From the NCBI RefSeq assembly GCF_006345805.1, contig NC_042997.1:68510001-68574000 (forward strand): a stretch of DNA of 64,000 nt, written 5' to 3'. Within the stretch, counting starts at the first letter, position 1, and each line of letters begins with the position of its first letter. Below, piece by piece: positions 56,772-64,000 of this stretch. Both the position numbers and the translations under genes were made by a program. Under the pieces are notes generated by a model that saw only the letters and a list, made by a program, of their open reading frames with translations, had not been told where the DNA came from and searched no databases. Origin of the DNA: Octopus sinensis. Lineage: Eukaryota.

Positions 56772-57437
56772 ACTAAACATCTGCCTTTCAAGCTTGTTGG
56801 CTGGTTATCTTTTTCGCCATTTCATCCTGCTCTTTGCAATTTTTCTAATTCTTCCTTTCATATTTAAAAAATTTACTTTTATATTTTGTGTCACTTATAT
56901 CATTTTTCTTCCAACGTTTCCCTTTCGTTCACGCAAGTGACTTTTTCCTTGTGTTTCGTATTGCATTCATTCATTACTGAGCCTTGTCCCATTTTTATTC
57001 AATTTTGCTTTGTATATTTCTTATATTCTTTCATTCTTCGAGTTTTCTTGCTTTTTAAGATAAATTTCAATCAATTGCGTCATCTTTTTTTCTCTTATTG
57101 GCTATTACTTTTGTTTCGTATTGTCGTTCATTTTTTGTATCCATTTTTTCTCATTATCATAAGTACTTGAAGGAAAGGTTCATAACTACCTATATTTATA
57201 TATAATTTTAATATGGATAGTCTTTAACACTTCTTAAGGTTATTTATTGGATTCGAAACCGTTAGAAAGTGTGGAGCAAGTATAACAGTGTCTCATAATT
57301 TTCTCATTTCTATCTAATGGTCTTTAAAGTATGCAAAAGACATTCCTACTGGTCAGAATGTATAGAATCATATTCTTCGTTATCATTAGTTTTAGTATTA
57401 TTAATCTAAAATTATAATTTATTAATATTAATTTAAG

Positions 57438-57640
57438 GCAAGGCAGCGAGCTGTCAGAATCATTAGCAGGCTGGACAAAATGCTTAACAGAATTTTGTCC
57501 ATCTCTGCATTCTGGGTTTAAATTTGCCTTTCATCCTCTCAGGGTTGATAAAATAAGTACCAGTTGAGTACTGGGGTCGAAGCAATCGACTTATCCCCTC
57601 CCCGAAATTGCTAGCCTGGTGCCAAAATTTAAAACCAATA
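57438..57640 (+). mobile_element. tRNA-derived octopus SINE (GGCAGCGAGCTG head family)
   Basis: Head aaggcagcgagctgtcagaatcattagc; core tttgcctttcatcc..ggttgataaaataagtaccagttgagtactggggtcga. Confidence 0.85.
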
Positions 57641-59679
57641 TTAATTTAAAGTTTCCCGAATGGGTATAATCATTAGAGCACCAGACGGAATGCCATGCAC
57701 TACGTCTTTCAGCTGTTTAGGTCCCAAGTTGAAATCTCGCCAATCTCATTTTGCCTTTCAACCGTGGTTTGACAAAATGATATGTCAATCTAGTTCAGAG
57801 GTCAATAGTAACAATCAAAGAAAACACGCCTCTAAATATTTGTTTGGTTTGTGCTTAAATTAGAGACCACTAGTATTAATTTAATTCAATGAAAATTAAT
57901 TTGATTGAACAACTGTATTAATGAAAGAAAAATTCTTCTTGTATTATCTCGAAAAAATCCGTTGACCTTTTATATGACATGCGTAATTATCTTTCTTAAA
58001 ACAAGTTCATATCAACCAAGATTTTCAACAAATTTGCATAAAATTATGATCTTGAAGAGGGAGAGACTTCATTCTTTTCTATCTCCCAGTCGAATAATCG
58101 TGGCGAAAAAGTAAAATGTTTAAATGAGAGTAGTTCCTTATTGGTGAGGAATTTCAGCATGCAACATACCAGTAAAAACAGTGACTGTTGGCATCTGACT
58201 TAATTGTCGATTGTGGGATGCTCACAAAATACCGTCAACAAAATTCCCTTAAGCAGAAAATTACTTCAAAATGTAGCAGCACATGATTTGTTTTCCATAA
58301 TTCATCTTAGAAGACAAAACATTTCTGTCCTCATTGTTATGATCGCCTCAGCATTTGCACAAGTGTTCGCATGCTTTAAGATATACAAATTTCTTTGTCT
58401 ACGAAAAGAATATATTTAACATTTCATGGGGTTGTAGTTAGCTAACCATTGTCCTCTTAAAAGATAACTGATTCCTGGAGATAATTCCTGGAGGGAATAA
58501 TTCATGGATTCCAGCCAATTGGCGTGCTTTCTGAGGGACAAGGGATTTTGTCTTTTTACCCAGGATGATCAATTCTTTACATGCTCCGAGAAAATAATGG
58601 CATAAATATATTTTCATACAGTGAATATTAAATACAGATTGGCTTTCGAATATTTCCGGAACGTCTCTGTTGATGCATCAGTTTCTGCATGGATGGTAGA
58701 GATATCACTTTATGAATTCTTAAACAGAACTAGAGTCATCGGAGGCAACATTTTATACAAGTATTTTGATACATTGCCATATTCTACTTTGTTTATAGAA
58801 AGTTTTGTGTAGTGACGTCCATTATATGTGTCAGAAAAAGTTCAAGGGTACTTTTCAGGGGTACTTTTTATGTAATTAGGAAGAACTGTTAATGTTTAGA
58901 TAAATCAACATCGTTTATTGGTTCTTAGCTGTAAAGGTTCCCGCTAATTTTGGTAAGTTACTAACTGTAAGCGGAAAATTTACATATAGTTTGATGATTT
59001 TCACTTTCAATGGCTATTTGTTGTTTTTCGAATGCATTGAACGTTTACTTATTAAACTATCAGCAGTTTGTGGAAGTAACTTCTGAGTTGTCCCCGGTCG
59101 GTTCAACCTTGTCAGTGAACTTGTATAGCCGTTAAGTCTTTAAACTCCAATCTCATATGCGAAAAACCCGTTCTTCAGTAGTAAAACTAGTTTGTGGCTC
59201 GTTATATTTCATTATTTGGTCTTCGGACTTACTTGCTTAGTCCATTATGTTGCAAATATTGAAACTAGGATTCCAGTTTTGGCTATGCTCTGTGTCACAC
59301 ACTGTATAGTTTACTCAATCTATTGACGAATTCTGAGATAAGTTCGTTTTAAATTCAACTAAGATGCAAACAAGTTTCGTATTATTTCCAAACTAATTGA
59401 TTCATATAATACTTAAGTGTGAAGTAAATAATATCAACAATATAAGACGAATGAAGCTGTTGCTTTTAAGTTCGAACAAACTGTTATATTTCATCACAGC
59501 AATTGTTTGTATGTTTAATATATTGTTTAGCAAACCACATAATTTAAAGCTATAAATTCTACAAAAGAACAAGGATGAAGCCAAATAGGCATCTGGATGT
59601 TTTGAGATACATTCTTTTAGTTTATTCTTTTACTTGTTTCAGTCATTTGACTGTGGCCATGCAGGAGCACCGCCTTTAT

Positions 59680-59760
59680 AAAAAAAACGGAATGCTTGCA
59701 ACGCCTAGCTTTCCCAAGTGGTCACCCTTCTAAAGACTAACTAAATTAGGTAACATCTGG
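59680..59760 (-). pseudogene. 5S rRNA 3'-half relic (or head of a 5S-derived SINE) followed by an oligo-T terminator-like run; abuts a SINE 3' end at 59617-59679
   Basis: Reverse complement GTTAGTCTTTAGAAGGGTGACCACTTGGGAAAGCTAGGCGTTGCAAGCATT aligns without gaps to the recalled metazoan 5S 3' half (GTTAGTACTTGGATGGGTGACCGCCTGGGAATACCAGGTGCTGTAAGC) at roughly 70-75%, followed by CCG and a T run. Confidence 0.7.
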
Positions 59761-60398
59761 GCTCTTCTGATTTGAGCCTATTGAAAGAAGCAAAGAAAAG
59801 CGAAAAAAAGAAATCTATTATCGTTTAATCTCTATGCGGCAACAAAAATTGGAAAATCAAGAAAGCAAATATTTGGTTTGAGTTTGATGTGAAAGACACC
59901 ATCCATTTCATTTTGTGTACAGATTCTACTGTAGAGGTATTTAATTAAATCTTCTGGTTTTGATTTCCGATTTCATCAATATCTCAATATAGGATGTGAT
60001 TAGCCGCACAATACTTAGAGAAGATAGATATATTTGGAGTTTTAATATTACCCTCTTTTCATTTGCAAAAAGAATAAGTTAAGCACAGAAGAAAATTATA
60101 CAGGAGTAGCTGAAGGAGATTACTATTGTGAAGTATAGATCACTTTTGACACGGTGCAAAGCTAAATCTACGTTTCTAGTTTATCTAATTGCATCAACTA
60201 TTAATTTCATATCTAAATATATTGGGACTAATTAGGATATAAACTCTGAATGGTTAAATTACTTTTGCTGACATTCTGATATATCTATCTACTAAACATG
60301 ATACAATGAATTTATAAATTTCTCTTTCACTTGATACAAGTAACATATGTTTTAGTGTAAAAATAATCATATCAATTGAGAATCAAAGCTACAATGTT

Positions 60399-60445
<47 letters not shown>

Positions 60446-61270
60446 CAGATAAAATTATTTCAATGGCTGATTAATTAAAATATCCTAACAAATGCTAGAA
60501 AATATATTGTCATCATACACAAAGTCTTTAAGCTAAAGCTTAGATAATTGTATACATAATATTTAACAATTGCTTGAGCCCTGAGAGGTGTTACCTAACA
60601 TTTCGTTTTAATTTAGGAATACAAAACTGAATTCCAAGAAATGACTCTTTAAGGTCTTCTCTTCTTCCATGCTAAACTATAAAGTTAGTTGCTTTGTAAA
60701 AAAGCTTGTCACGTGAATACAATATTTAGAATAAAATAGAATAATTTTGTGAGTCACCTAAGTAATTTTGTCTGAGGCATTAATCAGAATAACTCTGTAT
60801 GGTATGAAATTATGATTTTGTTGACTCAAGCATGCGTTGAAGGAAAATAACTGAATCTGTTAAATGTTATGCGAAGATTTTGATTTATATACTACAAATA
60901 AACGAAAATACTTATCAATTACGTAAGTGTTTCGTCTGTTTACACTGGTGAGTTATATACATCGGTATAAATAGATGCATATGTTGTAGATTATTTCAGA
61001 GTTAAGTGTCTTAGTCACAGAAGATCACTCATTCAGCATCCTGACACCGTATAAGCCCTTTGGTATAACCACGAGGCTAATGACTTTTCCTGCAGTCAAC
61101 ATGCAGTTGCTCAAGAGAAATCAAAATCGTTTTGATTAGGCTGATTTTCGAAGGCATGTAATTGAATTGCCTTTCTCCATATAAAATCATTAAAATAAAA
61201 TAGAATAAACTCAGCTGAAATACAATACCGGTGACAGAATATAATCCGGTATGCTTTTAAGTGGGCTCAC

Positions 61271-61448
61271 TGCGATGTTCGTGATGAGAATATACCATCT
61301 ACTGCAACATTTGTGACCTCTTTCTTCCAATGGGGCCTATTAATATAAACAGGAAAATAATTATCATTAGCAATTTTGTTACATTCTTTGGGAAAGTTAT
61401 GCCATCCAAAAGAAATCAGCTCGTAAGTGACTGGTTTTATCTTCAAAG
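61271..61448 (-). CDS. Candidate 178-nt minus-strand exon (phase 1-2): xLKIKPVTYELISFGWHNFPKECNKIANDNYFPVYINRPHWKKEVTNVAVDGIFSSRTSx
   Basis: Acceptor TTGTTTTTAG, open frame of normal composition, donor CA|GTGAGC. No homology recognised. Confidence 0.25.
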
Positions 61449-62644
61449 CTAAAAACAATTACTAAATCTCAGAATAATGCTGTTTATAAAACAGAATATG
61501 AAGATATTTCGAGTAAGAGCTACGTCAATCGTCTCAATATCTTTATAAATATATTTTTATTATGTTTAAAAATGAGTTTAGGCTATATTACTTTTTGTCA
61601 CGTAAAATGAGGCACTTTATAGAAGTGGCGATGTGAGAACACAATGAATTTTCTTTTTTATTTGTTCTTTATGTTTCATTGATTTCATTTTTTATTTCCT
61701 ATTTTCTTAAATATAAGACTAAGTCTATATTCTCAGGACAGTCTCTTATATGTTATTCATGATGAAATATTATTGAAATATATGTAATCCTCAAATAAAA
61801 CAAGCCAAATATTTCATCTCAAAAATAAATATAACACTTAAATATGAATGTTAGATTAACAAAAATAACAACCAAAGCGAAAAAGAAACTGAAAAAAATC
61901 ATCATGAAAATGTAATAGTTGCAATCAAATCAGTTTTGGTGGCATTGGAAGATATCAAGCATGAAGTTTTAATTAAAAATAGCGTGCAATGAGAGGAGAT
62001 AATTTAAAATAGGAGAGAATAGGAAGAGGTTGTGATATAGAGAGACAGGAACGAGAAAGAGTGTGAAAGAGAAATAGTGTAAAAAGTTAATCAGAACGGA
62101 AGTGACTGTAGAAGGTAAAAGAATGAGGAAAATCTGGGATACATACGTAGATTCATACATAACACACCACATATAAACACATACATAGATATACACACGT
62201 GCGCACACATTCAAGCGCGCACGCAGGCACACCACACACACACACACACACACACACCACACACACACACACGCACGCACGCACACGCACATACATATAA
62301 GAGAGACAGAGACAGAATATTAATATTGATATACCGCGATTGCAAATAAACACAAAGAGCGAAGATGGATGGGATTGAGACAAGAGGATGCAAAGGAGTA
62401 AGAGCACACAAATAGGACGATTAGAGTAGTCTGTAATAGAAAGGAAACTTAAATGAAATACATAGAGAGAGAGAATGGAGGGGAAACAGAGAGAGTGAGA
62501 GAGAAATAGAAAGAGATGGGGAGAGAGAGAATGAGTGAGATAGAGATAGGGTAAGAAGAAGACATAAAGAGAGGAGAGAGTTGCATAGTGGAAGAAGTAA
62601 TATGTGAGGCAAAGTAGTAAAATGAAGTACAGGGACGCTGATTG

Positions 62645-63488
62645 AATATTCTTTTCTTTTCTACTCTAGGCAAAAGGCCCGAAATTTTTGGGGAAGGGAC
62701 CCAATCGATTAAGTCGACCCTAGTATGCAACTGGTACTTAATATATTGACCCCGAAAGGATGAAAGGTAAAATCGACCTCGGCGGAATGTTAACTCAGAA
62801 CATAAAGACACACGAAGTACCTATTTCTTTATTGCACACAAGGGGCTAAACATAGAAGGGACAAACAAGTACAGACAAACAGATTAAGTCGATTACATCG
62901 ACCCCAGTGCGTCACTGGTACTTAATTTATCGACCCCGAAAGGATGAAAGGTAAAGTCGACCTCGGCGGAATTTGAATTCAGATCGCAGCGGCGGACGAT
63001 ATACCACAAAGCATTTCGCCCGGCGTGCTAACGATTTTGCCAGCTCGACGTCTTACAGTGATAGAATATTTTTTTCTTTTCTACTCTAGGCACAATGCCC
63101 GAAAGTTTTGGGGAGGGGCCAGTCGATTAGATTGACCCCAGTACGCAACTGGTGCTTAATTTATCGACCCCGAAAGGATGAAAAGCAAAGTCGACCTCGG
63201 CGGAATTTTAACTTAGAACGTAGCGGCAGACGAAATACCTATTTCTTTACTACCCACAAGGAGCTAAACACAGAGGAGACAAACAATGACAGACAGACGG
63301 ATTAAGTCGATTATATCGACTCCAGTGCGTAACTGGTACTTATTTAATCGACCCCGAAAGGATGAAAGGCAAAGTCGACCTCGTCGGAATTTGAACTCAG
63401 AACGTAATAGCAGACGAAATACGGCTACGCATTTTGCCCGGCGTGCTAACGTTTCTGCCAGCTCGCCGCCTTACAGTGATAGAATATT
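62645..63488 (-). mobile_element. Tandem pair of composite (dimeric) SINE units
   Basis: Unit = head-truncated SINE subtype A (ctactctaggc.. tail) plus full subtype B (tttctttactacccacaagg.. tail, with tRNA head). Units at 62645-63053 and 63070-63472 are each followed by acagtgatagaatatt. Confidence 0.88.
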
Positions 63489-64000
63489 GAGAAATATAGG
63501 ATATAGACGATGGAGAAAAGACGGTGAAAAGTTAGGAATCTTTTCCTTCCTGTGATGTCACACAATGACATTGGGTAGGGCGGTTGACGAAAGTTGGGAC
63601 AGTGGCAAAGACGGCAGCTCACTGAGAAGCCTGCCAGTTTAGTAACCCAAAGCGAGTTATTTAGAGTAATAGTCTTATTAGTAGTCGTCGTCGTCATAGT
63701 TGTAGTAGTAGTAAGGTGATTTTAGTTTTACTGCATTTTATCGTCCCCTCTCCTGCTTCCATATTTTCCCACCACCCACTCCATTTCACTTGCACCTCCT
63801 CCACCGACCTCTCAATCATTTCACTGCTGTCTCCCCTCCTCTCCCTCGCCGCGAGTGCAGATTTCTGAAAGTGTCTTCCTTTCTACAGTATTTGTAGGCG
63901 CATTAAACCTCTGAACTACTAAGCACTATTCACTGTTTCTTCTCTCCTATCGTCTCCCCCACACTAGTTATTTTTTTAACTTCACCTGCCAACCCCCAAC

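Noticed and set aside
60074-60133. Peptide NYTGVAEGDYYCE resembling an immunoglobulin DxGxYxC strand
   Set aside because: Short, with weak splice sites and an imperfect motif; compatible with chance.

Overview
AT-rich, microsatellite-dense, repeat-rich eukaryotic genomic DNA. It is almost certainly a coleoid cephalopod of the genus Octopus, judged from recall of the tRNA-derived SINE families and the TATC/TA/CA/TAC/AAT tracts; this was not database-checked. Most ORFs in the supplied track are microsatellite artefacts. The window is mainly decayed mobile elements: mariner relics, a TA-flanked DD34E Tc1 element, Penelope-like (GIY-YIG) pieces, Tx1/L1, R4/Dong, RTE and CR1-type LINE fragments, an internally deleted Gypsy LTR element, a non-autonomous Helitron with canonical termini, many SINEs and a 5S rRNA relic. 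No complete host gene is visible. The best host-gene signal is a signal-peptide-encoding first coding exon at 21685-21748 (+), and a few weaker exon candidates are noted. The most striking non-coding feature is at 40.6-41.4 kb: interleaved inverted repeats (A-x-B-A'-y-B'), a perfect 34-bp palindrome, and a structurally complete type I hammerhead ribozyme with an unusually long stem II. Three further long fold-back structures occur in the window. All translations, alignments and folds were done by eye.
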